Source: a virus
Lineage: Duplodnaviria; Caudoviricetes
Virus record (IMG/VR): IMGVR_UViG_3300042542_002102
Span: 5,676-69,675 of that record
Strand: one strand, 5' to 3'
DNA: 64,000 nucleotides
Both the position numbers and the translations under genes were made by a program. This document shows, piece after piece, positions 48,733-58,864 of the stretch (the stretch's first letter is position 1; every line of letters starts with the position of its first letter). Under the pieces are notes generated by a model that saw nothing but the letters and a program-made list of their open reading frames with translations, had not been told where the DNA came from and made no database searches.

Positions 48733-49040
48733 TGGCAGAACGCAAAGACCGTATGGCTTTGCTTTCAAGATACAGTAAGTATCATACCGCAAGGTACGAA
48801 TCAAAGCCATCTCTGAATCTAAACGTAGAGCAGTGGGCCTCTGATGGCCTTATAGAGTCATACGGACTCTCTGGTTGCTACGATATACTTGAGTATTACT
48901 TTAAGGTTTCAGAGAACCCGTCGTGGAACTACTTTGCATATAATGCAGAGAAAATATTACAGGCACAAAAAGATAAAAAGAGAGACGACGAAGAGAGAGC
49001 AGAGCGTAGAAGAATGGCAAAGGAGTGGCTAAGTGAATAA
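48732..49040 (+). CDS. Hypothetical protein (possible helicase loader/initiator)
   Basis: Coupled ORF directly upstream of DnaB. Confidence 0.45.
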   Translation: MAERKDRMALLSRYSKYHTARYESKPSLNLNVEQWASDGLIESYGLSGCYDILEYYFKVSENPSWNYFAYNAEKILQAQKDKKRDDEERAERRRMAKEWLSE

Positions 49041-50253
49041 TACAGAGTCCAAATTAATTACTGCAGTTCTTCAGGATAAACAGATCCATGTTCTTTTGCA
49101 GGCAAACGTAGACAATCTTCTAAGAACCCATGGAGATATCTGGAACTTTATTAGACTATACTTTGAGAACAATAAGTCTCTTCCACCTGCAGAACTTGTT
49201 ACAGAAAAGTTTAGAGACTTCTCACCAATTTCAAATGTTGGTGCAACAAAGCACCACCTTGAAGAGTTGCAAGGTGAATACTTAAACGATAGTCTAAAAG
49301 ATATCTTAAGATCTGCTGCAACTAATGTTCAAAACAACCAAGGCAATGCTGCACTAAATGATTTAATTACACAGACATCAGAGTTAAAGAAAAACACTTC
49401 TGCTATTCGTGATATTGATGTTACTGATCTTGAATCAGCAATTGCATATTTTGAGAATTTAAAAATACAACAAGCAGCAGGTCACGTTGGAATTAAGACT
49501 AACCTGCCAGGGTTTGACAACTATCTTCCATCTGGAATTATGCCAGGGCAGTTAGGAGTCTTTCTAGCATACCCAGGTATAGGAAAGTCATGGATGGCTT
49601 TATACTTCGCTGTACAAGCCTGGAAGCAGGGCAGAACACCCCTTGTAATCTCCCTTGAGATGTCAGAAACAGAAGTTCGTAATCGTGTATTTACTATTAT
49701 GGGTGAAGGTCTTTGGTCCCACAGAAAATTAAGTAATGGAGATGTTGAATTAGATACACTTAAGGCTTGGCATGCTAAGCATCTACAGGGCAAGCCAGAG
49801 TTCCATATTATTTCTAATGATCAAGGCGGAGAGATTAATCCATCAGTTCTTCGTGGAAAGATTGACCAGTACAAGCCAGACTTTGTGATCGTTGACTACC
49901 TTCAGTTGATGGCTCCTAATCAGAAGTCAGATAACGAAACGGTACGAATGAAGAACCTTTCACGAGAACTTAAACTAATGGCTATTGGTGAAGAGGTTCC
50001 TATTATTGCTATTTCCTCTGCCACCCCAGACGATGTAAATGATCTTAGTGGTGTTCCTACTTTGGGACAAACTGCGTGGTCAAGACAGATTGCCTACGAT
50101 GCTGACTGGGTTATTGCTTTGGGACGTGCATCCAACAGCGATATTATTGAGTGCGCCTTTAGAAAGAATCGTAATGGATTTATGGGAGATTTCCTTGTGC
50201 AGGTTGATTTTGACAAGGGATATTACAGGTATAAAGATTATGAAGATAAGTAG
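49033..50253 (+). CDS. dnaB: Replicative DNA helicase (DnaB family)
   Basis: Walker A AYPGIGKS, SLEMS, VIVDYLQLM, SRELK..A, I.YDAD, KNRNG. Confidence 0.92.
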   Translation: MNNTESKLITAVLQDKQIHVLLQANVDNLLRTHGDIWNFIRLYFENNKSLPPAELVTEKFRDFSPISNVGATKHHLEELQGEYLNDSLKDILRSAATNVQNNQGNAALNDLITQTSELKKNTSAIRDIDVTDLESAIAYFENLKIQQAAGHVGIKTNLPGFDNYLPSGIMPGQLGVFLAYPGIGKSWMALYFAVQAWKQGRTPLVISLEMSETEVRNRVFTIMGEGLWSHRKLSNGDVELDTLKAWHAKHLQGKPEFHIISNDQGGEINPSVLRGKIDQYKPDFVIVDYLQLMAPNQKSDNETVRMKNLSRELKLMAIGEEVPIIAISSATPDDVNDLSGVPTLGQTAWSRQIAYDADWVIALGRASNSDIIECAFRKNRNGFMGDFLVQVDFDKGYYRYKDYEDK

Positions 50254-50267
50254 GTATAATATGTTAC

Positions 50268-50594
50268 ATGGCGAACTATCATCACAAGCCTATCAAGAAG
50301 TTCAATTTGAGTGGAGTCATTCATGATGAATCAGCACTTGGCAGACTTAAAGAAGAATATATCAGGCTCTTGGAGTCAGAGATGCGCCTGTCTGGATATG
50401 TGCCAAGACTTGACATAATACCAGATTTTACAATAGACTATAACTATAAGAAAAAATATTTTGAGTTTGAATTGACGGTACACGGAACATATACGGGGAG
50501 AAAACAGAGCGAATGGATAGCAGGAATAGACGGAAACACAGTAATCTATACACAAAAGAACAAATCAAAAGAGTTCTCACAGGAACAGGTGTAA
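50268..50594 (+). CDS. Hypothetical protein
   Basis: Leaderless-type GGTATAAT 7 nt before the ATG. Confidence 0.55.
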   Translation: MANYHHKPIKKFNLSGVIHDESALGRLKEEYIRLLESEMRLSGYVPRLDIIPDFTIDYNYKKKYFEFELTVHGTYTGRKQSEWIAGIDGNTVIYTQKNKSKEFSQEQV

Positions 50595-51457
50595 CGATTG
50601 AGTCTGAGGTTGACTCAGACTATATTATTTTTTGCCCATATCACAATAACAACAGAACCCCAGCAGGAGAAATAGACAAGAACAATGGAACCTTCTTTTG
50701 CTTCGCATGCCATCACGTAACTGGATTTATAGAATTTGTTATGCATATGTCTAACAGGACATACTTTGAGGCTGCAAGATTTATAAAGAGTAAAGAAACA
50801 GAAACAAGCATTGAAACAGATATTGACAAGGCGCTATACAAAAAGCCAGAGTTTGTAATGTTTGATGAGTTAGTTCTTAAGCGTTTACATAACAATTTAA
50901 TCTCTTCAGATAGAGCAAAAGATTATTTTACTTATAGAAAAATAACAAAAGACTCTGCTTTCAAGTTTTCTTTAGGATATTCAGATAAGCAGGATATGGT
51001 GACAGTTCCAGTTCATAGTCCAGATGGTTTACCAATTGGGTTTGTTGGTAGATCAATTGAGGGCAAAGAGTTTAAAAATACTCCAGGGCTTCCAAAATCT
51101 AAAACATTGTTTAATCTACATAGAGTAAAAAGTTCTGGAACAGTATACGTTGTAGAGTCATCATTTGATGCCATCAGGCTTGATCAGGTAGGACTTCCTG
51201 CTGTCGCCACGCTTGGATCAAATGTTTCTAATATACAAATAGATTTGCTTCAAAAGTACTTCAATGATATAATTGTTATTGCGGATAATGATGAAGCAGG
51301 TGGAAACATGAAAACTAAGATAGTTGAAAAACTTGGTTCTCGTGTATCCGTAATACAATTAAATAAAGAATACAAAGATATAGGCGACATGGACGATAAG
51401 TCAATTCAAGAACTGGACTTCCAGTTTGACAAATCAATACTGTCTATGCTAAACTAA
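50513..51457 (+). CDS. dnaG: DNA primase (CHC2 zinc finger plus TOPRIM)
   Basis: CPYH..RTP...F.CF.C, F.GR, VVES.FDA, DND.AG, KD.GD. Confidence 0.9.
   Translation: MDSRNRRKHSNLYTKEQIKRVLTGTGVTIESEVDSDYIIFCPYHNNNRTPAGEIDKNNGTFFCFACHHVTGFIEFVMHMSNRTYFEAARFIKSKETETSIETDIDKALYKKPEFVMFDELVLKRLHNNLISSDRAKDYFTYRKITKDSAFKFSLGYSDKQDMVTVPVHSPDGLPIGFVGRSIEGKEFKNTPGLPKSKTLFNLHRVKSSGTVYVVESSFDAIRLDQVGLPAVATLGSNVSNIQIDLLQKYFNDIIVIADNDEAGGNMKTKIVEKLGSRVSVIQLNKEYKDIGDMDDKSIQELDFQFDKSILSMLN
51426..51455 (+). promoter_or_regulatory. Sigma-A-type promoter in the primase 3' end, driving ssb/dnaE
   Basis: TTGACA-18 nt-TAAACT with TG extension. Confidence 0.6.
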
Positions 51458-51481
51458 CATAACACAGAAAAGAGAAAACAC

Positions 51482-52135
51482 ATGGCAATACTAAGAGGAA
51501 TCAAAGAGATGGGCCCAGTACTAGATGGCCCAAAGGGTGGCGATGGACCAAAGGTTAAGTGGCTAAAACTTGCAGATGGACAATCTGTAAAGATTAGATT
51601 TTTAGAAGAACTTGACGAAGACTCAGCAAACTACAGTGCAGAGCGTGGTCTAGCAATCGTTGTATCAGAACATACAAATCCAAAGGACTACAAGCGCAAG
51701 GCTGTAGATACAATGGATACAGAAGGCCGTGACTGGGCAGAAGAAATGCACCGCAAGGATCCAAAGGCTGGCTGGAGAGCACGTCTTCGTTTCTATTGCA
51801 ACGTTCTTGTAGACGACGGCATTGAAGCACCATATGTTGCAATCTGGTCAATGGGTATCAGTAAGCAATCATCATTCAATACAATTCGTGAGTATGCACT
51901 TGAAACAGGAAGCATCTCAAACGTACAGTGGAAGTTAAAGCGTAATGGTCAGGGAACTGAAACCAACTACACGTTGATTCCATCTGCACCAGACAAGGAA
52001 CCATTTAACTGGGGAGATATTAAGCCTTACCCACTAGAGTCTGCACTACGCAAGGTTCCATACGCAGAACAAGAAGCGTTCTATTTGGGCTTTGATGGCC
52101 CATCTGCCACTTCAGCAACAAACGCTGATTGGTAA
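51482..52135 (+). CDS. Single-stranded DNA-binding protein (gp32-like)
   Basis: W.KL.DG.S..IRF, R.Y.NV.V, K.KR.G.GT.T.Y.L.P, C-terminal DW. Confidence 0.75.
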   Translation: MAILRGIKEMGPVLDGPKGGDGPKVKWLKLADGQSVKIRFLEELDEDSANYSAERGLAIVVSEHTNPKDYKRKAVDTMDTEGRDWAEEMHRKDPKAGWRARLRFYCNVLVDDGIEAPYVAIWSMGISKQSSFNTIREYALETGSISNVQWKLKRNGQGTETNYTLIPSAPDKEPFNWGDIKPYPLESALRKVPYAEQEAFYLGFDGPSATSATNADW

Positions 52136-52136
52136 T

Positions 52137-55100
52137 ATGAACTACGTAGGCTTACATGTCCACACCCATTTTAGTTTATTTGATGGGATTGCTACTCCAG
52201 AAGAATACGTTGACCGTGCAGTTGAGTTAGGGATGCCTGCAATAGCCATCACTGACCACGGTACTTTATCTGGGCATAGGGAACTGCACCGTATTGCAAA
52301 AGCAAAGGGCATTAAGCCAATTCTAGGTCTAGAAGGATACATGTGTGCAGACATATCTGACACACGAGATAAGTCTGAAAGAGAAGGTCAACAAGATCTT
52401 GTCTACAACCACATTATCCTTCTAGCCAAGAATCAAATTGGTTTAGAAAACCTTAACAAGATTAGTGAACTATCTTGGACAGATGGTTTCTTCAAGAAGC
52501 CACGCTTTGACTTTACCATTCTGGAAAAGTACAAAGAGGGAATTATTGTTACTTCTGCTTGTCCAAGTAGTGTGCTTGTAAAGGCGTTAGAAGAAGAAGA
52601 GTTTGCTCTTGCTAAGAAATATATTTCTTGGTTCAAGGAACGCTTTGAAGATGATTATTATATTGAAGTAATGCCTCACAATGAAGCGCATATAAATAAA
52701 TACCTTATTGAACTTGCAGATGAGTTTGGCATCAAGGTTGTTGTTACCCCAGACTGCCACCATGTTGACTCATCACAAAAAGAAATTCAGGAGTTTAAAC
52801 TTCTTATGAATACGCATGGCAAGTTTGTAAAAGATGCAACATATGAAAAGTCAAAGAAAAAGGGCAGCATGATGGAGCGCCTTGATTACTTATATGGTGA
52901 AGATCGTCAGATGTCATTTAATAAGTTTGATATCCACCTGCTCTCATACGAAGAGATTAAAGCAGCGATGGAATCGCAGGGTATTGATAGACCAGACATA
53001 TACTCAAACACACTTCTATTAGCAGATACAGTAGGAGACTATGGAATTCAAGAAGGACTAAACCTTCTTCCAGTACAGTACAAGAGTCCTGATAAGGAAC
53101 TTGCAAAGGTTGCATTAGAAGGTTTGGCTGAGCGTGGTTTGTCAGAAAACCAAGAGTACCTTGACAGACTTGAAGAAGAGTTGCAGATTATTAAAGATAA
53201 GAAGTTTGCTCCATACTTCCTTGTTGTAAGCAATATGATTAACTGGGCCAAGAAAGAAGAAATTATGGTCGGCCCTGGTCGTGGATCTTCTGCTGGTTCT
53301 CTTGTTTGTTACGCACTAAAGATTACAGACATTGATCCTATTGAACACAACCTTTTGTTCTTCCGTTTTATTAACCCAGAGCGTAATGATTTTCCTGATA
53401 TTGATACAGATATTCAAGATACTCGTCGTGAAGAAGTTAAAGACTATCTAGTTAGACAGTATCGACATGTTGCATCTATCGCTACCTTCCTTCAGTTTAC
53501 TGGAAAGGGAATTGTTAGAGATGTTTCAAGAGTATTAAATATTCCTTTGTCAGATGTAAACAAGGTTTTAAAGACAGTAGATACATGGGATGACTTCTGT
53601 ACATCTAAATCAACATATGAGTTCCGTGAAAAATATCCAGAGGTGGAGATTTACGGAGAGCAACTACGTGGTCGCATTCGTGGTACAGGAATCCACGCTG
53701 CAGGCGTTGTAACCGCAAAGGAACCAATCTTTAGATATGCACCACTTGAAACAAGATCGTCTACTGGGTCAGATGAAAGAATTCCAGTCGTAGGTGTTGA
53801 TATGGAAGAGGCTGAAAGAATTGGTTTAATTAAGATTGATGCTTTGGGTCTTAAGACCTTGTCTGTTCTTAAGAACACAATTGACATTATTAAAGAGCGA
53901 GATGGAAAAAAGATCGACCTTCTTAAAATTAAAATGGATGATGCAAATGTTTATCAGATGTTATCAGATGGGTATACAAAGGGTGTCTTCCAGTGCGAAG
54001 CAGCACCATACACAAACCTTCTTGTTAAGATGGGTGTCAAGAATTTAAATGAACTTGCAGCATCAAATGCTCTTGTTCGCCCAGGTGCAATGAATACTAT
54101 CGGAAAGGACTATGTTGATCGTAAGCATGGTCGTCAAAATATTTCTTATACACACCAGGTACTAAAACAATTTACGGAGGACACTTATGGCTGTATTCTT
54201 TACCAGGAACAGGTTATGCAAGCATGCGTACACCTTGGCGGTATGTCCATGTCGGAAGCAGATAAAGTTAGAAAGATCATTGGAAAGAAAAAGGATGCTA
54301 AAGAATTTGATCAGTTTAAAGAGAAGTTCGTAGAAGGTGCATCAAAGTTTATTGCTCCTAACGCTGCTCGTGATCTATGGCATGACTTTGAGGCTCACGC
54401 AGGGTACTCATTTAACAAGTCTCACGCAGTAGCGTACTCAACTCTATCCTATTGGACAGCATGGCTAAAATATTATTACCCACTTGAGTTTATGTACTCA
54501 GTGCTAAAGAACGAAAAGGACAAAGATGCGAGAACTGAATATCTTATTGAAGCAAAAAGAATGGGCATTAGCATTAAGTTACCTCACATTAACGATTCGG
54601 ATATCGATTTTAAAATTGAGGGTAAAGGTATTAGGTTTGGACTCAGTGCTATCAAGTTCATATCTGACAAAATTGGTGAACGATACATATCGGCACGACC
54701 ATTTAATTCGTATAAAGAACTTGAAGAATTTACATTTACCAAGGGCAACGGAGTAAACAGTCGTGCACTACAAGCACTAAGAGTGATTGGTGCTGCAACA
54801 TTTAACGATAATCCTAGAAATGATCAGGAGATTAAAGAGAACCTGTATGAGTATCTAAACCTTCCAGAGTTTAATATTACAATACCTTCTCATTACTACG
54901 CCTTCATTCAGGACATTGTTGACTTTGAAGAAAAAGGATCATACATATTTATGGGTATGGTAAAATCAATTAAGCGAGGAACAGGATGGTCACGAGTTGA
55001 AATTTTGGACAAAACTGGCAGTGTCGGTATATTTGATGATGAAAATACAACTATTGAGACGGGTCGTTCTTATCTGGTCTTGTGTAATGATAACAGGATT

Positions 55101-55412
55101 GTATCTTTCATACCTTCAGATGAAATAAAAGAATCATCACATGCTCTTGTAAAGTTCTTAAGTTACAAGCAGTTGCCGTATAAGGATGATGAAATGTTCG
55201 TTGTATCTTTTAAGCCAAGAATAACAAAGGCTGGCAAGAAAATGGCATCTCTTACGCTTGCAGACACAAGCAGAGACCTGCACTCTATTACAGTTTTCCC
55301 TACATCTTTTGCAAAAGCCTATATGCATATTGAAGAAGGAAAGTCATACAAGTTTGATTTTGGCAAGACTAAAGACGGAACAGTAACATTGGAGGATGTA
55401 CATGTCAGTTAG
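52137..55412 (+). CDS. dnaE: DNA polymerase III alpha subunit (family C)
   Basis: PHP domain HVHT.FSL.DG, AITDHG, GRGSSAGSLV.Y.L.IT.IDP, PDIDTD, HAAG, K.D.LGL, YSFNKSHA.AY. No intein seen. Confidence 0.95.
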   Translation: MNYVGLHVHTHFSLFDGIATPEEYVDRAVELGMPAIAITDHGTLSGHRELHRIAKAKGIKPILGLEGYMCADISDTRDKSEREGQQDLVYNHIILLAKNQIGLENLNKISELSWTDGFFKKPRFDFTILEKYKEGIIVTSACPSSVLVKALEEEEFALAKKYISWFKERFEDDYYIEVMPHNEAHINKYLIELADEFGIKVVVTPDCHHVDSSQKEIQEFKLLMNTHGKFVKDATYEKSKKKGSMMERLDYLYGEDRQMSFNKFDIHLLSYEEIKAAMESQGIDRPDIYSNTLLLADTVGDYGIQEGLNLLPVQYKSPDKELAKVALEGLAERGLSENQEYLDRLEEELQIIKDKKFAPYFLVVSNMINWAKKEEIMVGPGRGSSAGSLVCYALKITDIDPIEHNLLFFRFINPERNDFPDIDTDIQDTRREEVKDYLVRQYRHVASIATFLQFTGKGIVRDVSRVLNIPLSDVNKVLKTVDTWDDFCTSKSTYEFREKYPEVEIYGEQLRGRIRGTGIHAAGVVTAKEPIFRYAPLETRSSTGSDERIPVVGVDMEEAERIGLIKIDALGLKTLSVLKNTIDIIKERDGKKIDLLKIKMDDANVYQMLSDGYTKGVFQCEAAPYTNLLVKMGVKNLNELAASNALVRPGAMNTIGKDYVDRKHGRQNISYTHQVLKQFTEDTYGCILYQEQVMQACVHLGGMSMSEADKVRKIIGKKKDAKEFDQFKEKFVEGASKFIAPNAARDLWHDFEAHAGYSFNKSHAVAYSTLSYWTAWLKYYYPLEFMYSVLKNEKDKDARTEYLIEAKRMGISIKLPHINDSDIDFKIEGKGIRFGLSAIKFISDKIGERYISARPFNSYKELEEFTFTKGNGVNSRALQALRVIGAATFNDNPRNDQEIKENLYEYLNLPEFNITIPSHYYAFIQDIVDFEEKGSYIFMGMVKSIKRGTGWSRVEILDKTGSVGIFDDENTTIETGRSYLVLCNDNRIVSFIPSDEIKESSHALVKFLSYKQLPYKDDEMFVVSFKPRITKAGKKMASLTLADTSRDLHSITVFPTSFAKAYMHIEEGKSYKFDFGKTKDGTVTLEDVHVS

Positions 55413-56412
55413 TATAGAAGAAGCGTTAGCACAACTTGACCCTAAGTTGAGAAAGAGATTGGGTAGCGGAGTAGGGGTTAACTATGAATACCAGCCTACA
55501 CCTAGTTTTGGTTTAAACCGTGCTTTAGGAGGAGGTCTGCCTTATGGTAGACAAGTTCTTATCTGGGGCTCTAAGTCTTCCGCAAAGTCCTCTATGTGCC
55601 TTCAGATGATTGCTCTAGCACAGGCAGAGGGTAAGTTGTGTGCATGGATTGATTCTGAAATGTCATACTCAGAAGATTGGGCTAGAACTCTTGGGGTAGA
55701 CCCAGAGAAACTAATCTATTCACAAGCAAGAACTATCAGCGACATGGTGGATGTAGGTGTTGGATTAATGAATGCAGGAGTTGATTTAATTGTGGTAGAC
55801 TCTATTACATCTATGCTTCCTGCAATTTATTTTGAGAAGGACACAGATGAAATGAAGGCTTTGGAAAACACAAAGCAGATTGGAGCAGAATCTCGTGACT
55901 TTAGTAACGCATGGAAAATGCTTAACTATGCAAACAATAAAGTTAAGCCAACTTTGCTTGTTCTCATTTCTCAGTCTCGTAATAATATTAATGCTATGTA
56001 TACTAGCCAGCAGCCTTCTGGTGGTCAGGCTACTAAGTTTTATTCCTCATGTATTATTAAACTCTTTTCTTCAGAGTCAGACAATCAAGCGATTAAGGGC
56101 AAAATCAAGGTAGGAGATAAATTAATTGAAGAAAAAATTGGTAGAACTATTAAGTGGGAACTCCAGTTCTCCAAAACCTCTCCAGGGTTCCAGTCTGGTG
56201 AGTACGATTTTTATTTTAGAGGTGACGATATTGGTCTTGATACCATTGGTGATTTGGTTACTACCGCAGAACTAAATGGTATTGTAGAGCGCACTGGTGC
56301 ATGGTACATCCTTCCTGACGGATCAAAGGTACAGGGTAAAGAAGCATTTGTTAATCGTGTAAGAGAGGATCTTGACTTGCAAGAATCAATCAAGGCCAAA
56401 CTAAATGCCTAG
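55402..56412 (+). CDS. recA: RecA-family recombinase
   Basis: LN.ALGGG.P.GR, ID.E, IVVDSI, ISQ.R, GG.A.KFY.S, G.WY. Confidence 0.9.
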   Translation: MSVSIEEALAQLDPKLRKRLGSGVGVNYEYQPTPSFGLNRALGGGLPYGRQVLIWGSKSSAKSSMCLQMIALAQAEGKLCAWIDSEMSYSEDWARTLGVDPEKLIYSQARTISDMVDVGVGLMNAGVDLIVVDSITSMLPAIYFEKDTDEMKALENTKQIGAESRDFSNAWKMLNYANNKVKPTLLVLISQSRNNINAMYTSQQPSGGQATKFYSSCIIKLFSSESDNQAIKGKIKVGDKLIEEKIGRTIKWELQFSKTSPGFQSGEYDFYFRGDDIGLDTIGDLVTTAELNGIVERTGAWYILPDGSKVQGKEAFVNRVREDLDLQESIKAKLNA

Positions 56413-56584
56413 TTATACTGTGTATCATGGTCAGTGGGTTTGTCATACATGCAAAACTATAGTTCCAACATTAAGATGTTATGCTGAAACAAAAACATTA
56501 ACTTGGATGTGTAAAGATAAGCACCTAACCACTGTATATTTGGGAAAAAGAAAGAAGAAAGATTTTGATGACGGAGAAGAGTGA
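56405..56584 (+). CDS. 59-aa zinc-finger-like protein, missing from the ORF track
   Basis: MPSYTVYHGQWVCHTCKTIV...WMCKDKH... fills the gap between recA and the next gene, overlapping both. Confidence 0.6.
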   Translation: MPSYTVYHGQWVCHTCKTIVPTLRCYAETKTLTWMCKDKHLTTVYLGKRKKKDFDDGEE

Positions 56585-56852
56585 GTCAAAGCGCATTGGT
56601 GCTAAGCAGCACAAAAACTCTGGTCGTAATACTCAAAAGGGAGATGCTTCCTGGAAAAACTTTGTTGTAGACTTTAAAGAAGTTGGAAAGTCTTTTACAC
56701 TAAATAAAGAGGTTTGGGCAAAGGCTACTACTGATGCGATGAAGAATGGAAAAGACCCAGCCATTGTGGTCATCATGGGTGAAGGCAATTCAAAAGTAAG
56801 ACTTGCTATAATTGAGATGTCAATTCTTGAAGATCTGGTAGATGGTGTATAA
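56568..56852 (+). CDS. PD-(D/E)xK Holliday-junction-resolvase-like protein
   Basis: SG....KGD......VDFK....SF.L....W.K pattern. Confidence 0.65.
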   Translation: MTEKSESKRIGAKQHKNSGRNTQKGDASWKNFVVDFKEVGKSFTLNKEVWAKATTDAMKNGKDPAIVVIMGEGNSKVRLAIIEMSILEDLVDGV

Positions 56853-56859
56853 TAAGAAT

Positions 56860-57492
56860 ATGGCAAATAATAGTTATAAAGAAAATGTATTTACCCTAGA
56901 AGAAATTAATGATATAGAAACAAGCATCTCAAATGAACTTAAAAATAGAGAGCATGTTGAGTGGTCAGATGCAATCATGGGAAATACGCATACAGAAAAT
57001 CTTGTTAGGATTAAAAGAGACTTTCTTGGAAGAATAGAAATAAACAACCTCCCCATGCCAGACTCAGTTATTGAAAAAGTTTTAAATCTTGCAAAAGAAA
57101 TGTATCAATTAGAAACATCACATCCTCAAAACATTAGTGGCATAACATACGTTGAGTATAATCCAAAATATGGAACACCATCTCTAAATGTACATAAGGA
57201 TAATGGATCTTGCGGTTTTATATTAGACTATCAACTTGCCTCAAATATATCCTGGCCCTTTGGCGTTGAAGAATCTACATACGTTCTTTCTGATAATTCT
57301 ATTTTGGCTATGTATCCGACCACACATTACCATTGGAGACCAAGCATTAAATGGAGTGAGGGAAATTTTGTTAGACTTATATTCTTTGAGTTCTTTACTC
57401 CAGGATTAACAAAGACTGAAGATCCAGTCAAGTATCAAAGTGCTTTAAGTTTTGCCAATAATTTTGTACAGGAGGATAAAAATGAAGTATGA
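56860..57492 (+). CDS. 2OG-Fe(II) oxygenase-like paralog 1
   Basis: P.L..HKD, LDYQL..N..WP, HWR. Leaderless promoter GTGTATAAT at 56845-56853. Confidence 0.7.
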   Translation: MANNSYKENVFTLEEINDIETSISNELKNREHVEWSDAIMGNTHTENLVRIKRDFLGRIEINNLPMPDSVIEKVLNLAKEMYQLETSHPQNISGITYVEYNPKYGTPSLNVHKDNGSCGFILDYQLASNISWPFGVEESTYVLSDNSILAMYPTTHYHWRPSIKWSEGNFVRLIFFEFFTPGLTKTEDPVKYQSALSFANNFVQEDKNEV

Positions 57493-58072
57493 TGAAGTAA
57501 ATACAATTGTTGATTCAGTTTTAACTGAAGATGAGATCAGAATGATCTACTCATTAGTTGAAAAATCTAATGAAGGGTATCTCATGGAACTCTTTAATCA
57601 AAAGATATCAAACTTTCCTTTACCAGAAGAGATATCTAAAAAAATAATTAGTAAGTGTGAAGAATTGTCTGGTGAATCAGGACTAGAAATATCTGAGTAT
57701 CAGTTTTCAAAATATGAAAAAACAACAGATGAGAATGGAAAGACAAGAAATCCAAACCTATTCCCACATTTTGATGATACTTTTCCAGAGCCAAGATTTA
57801 CATTTGACTATCAAATAGGTGGTAATACAACCTGGCCATTAGTAGTTGAGGGAAATGTCTTTGAATTAAAAAACAATCAGGCTTTGACATTTTCTGGAAC
57901 ACATCAGATTCATTGGAGACTAAAGAAAAACTTTGAAGATGGCGAAAGAATAGACATGGTTTTTTTTCACCTAAGAAAAAAAGGTGGGGCAAAAAAGGAT
58001 CCATCTGTAAATGAAACAATGCATATAAAAGAGGGAACATTTAGAAAGATGTACGATCAGGGGAGAAATTAA
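57482..58072 (+). CDS. 2OG-Fe(II) oxygenase-like paralog 2
   Basis: P.L.PHFD, FDYQI..N..WP, Q.HWR. SD GGAGG. Confidence 0.7.
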   Translation: MKYDEVNTIVDSVLTEDEIRMIYSLVEKSNEGYLMELFNQKISNFPLPEEISKKIISKCEELSGESGLEISEYQFSKYEKTTDENGKTRNPNLFPHFDDTFPEPRFTFDYQIGGNTTWPLVVEGNVFELKNNQALTFSGTHQIHWRLKKNFEDGERIDMVFFHLRKKGGAKKDPSVNETMHIKEGTFRKMYDQGRN

Positions 58073-58073
58073 T

Positions 58074-58862
58074 ATGGCAGAAATGCATAACTACCTAACA
58101 CCAATGGATAAGTATTCAAAAAGACTGCCATTCTATGTAGATAATTTGTTTGACTTAGACCAAGTTTCAAGAATTAAATCACTTTTAGAAGAAAACAGAA
58201 AACTAGAGCCATTTATTATTGGCGACAGAATTGAAGATGGATACATAAGAACTTCAGAGTTTAGAAGTAGATACCAGCCAAAGATTGCAAAGAACATGTC
58301 AAGAACATTGATTGAGTTTGACATGCCAGAAGACTGTGAAAAGGTTTTAGATAGTATCGCTAAGCCAATGTATGATGGAGATATAGCGCTATGCCATTAT
58401 AACTATATTGACTATAACATTAAGTATGGATATGGAGACAACAGTCCAGCACTACCTCCTCACCTTGATGCAGACGAAAATCTTATAACAATAAACTACT
58501 GCCTTGATACAAATATTGATTGGGACCTATACATTAGTACACCAGAAGATTCTTCTAAGTTTGAAAAATATACACTCACTGCTGGTCAAACTATTGTGTT
58601 TAGTGCTGTAAACCAAATTCACTGGAGACCTAAAAGAAAATTTAAAGAGGGTGAGTTCTGTGAGATTATTAGTATGGACTACTGTCCGACCACAAATTAT
58701 AGATTTACTGGTGAAGATAATCCAATAGATCCAGAAAAAAGTCCACTTAAACGCAAAGAGTATTTAGATAAACTTCAGTCACGTCCAGACATGATGGCTG
58801 CTTTTAATCTATGGAACGAAGATGGACTTCGTGACGGTATTGACATGAAATCGATGGGATAA
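58074..58862 (+). CDS. 2OG-Fe(II) oxygenase-like paralog 3
   Basis: P.LPPHLD, INY.L..N..W, Q.HWR. Confidence 0.7.
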   Translation: MAEMHNYLTPMDKYSKRLPFYVDNLFDLDQVSRIKSLLEENRKLEPFIIGDRIEDGYIRTSEFRSRYQPKIAKNMSRTLIEFDMPEDCEKVLDSIAKPMYDGDIALCHYNYIDYNIKYGYGDNSPALPPHLDADENLITINYCLDTNIDWDLYISTPEDSSKFEKYTLTAGQTIVFSAVNQIHWRPKRKFKEGEFCEIISMDYCPTTNYRFTGEDNPIDPEKSPLKRKEYLDKLQSRPDMMAAFNLWNEDGLRDGIDMKSMG

Positions 58863-58864
58863 AA

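Noticed and set aside
50410-50439. TTGACA-18 nt-TAGACT possible promoter for primase
   Set aside because: Weak -10 without the TG extension seen at the other sites. Could be chance.
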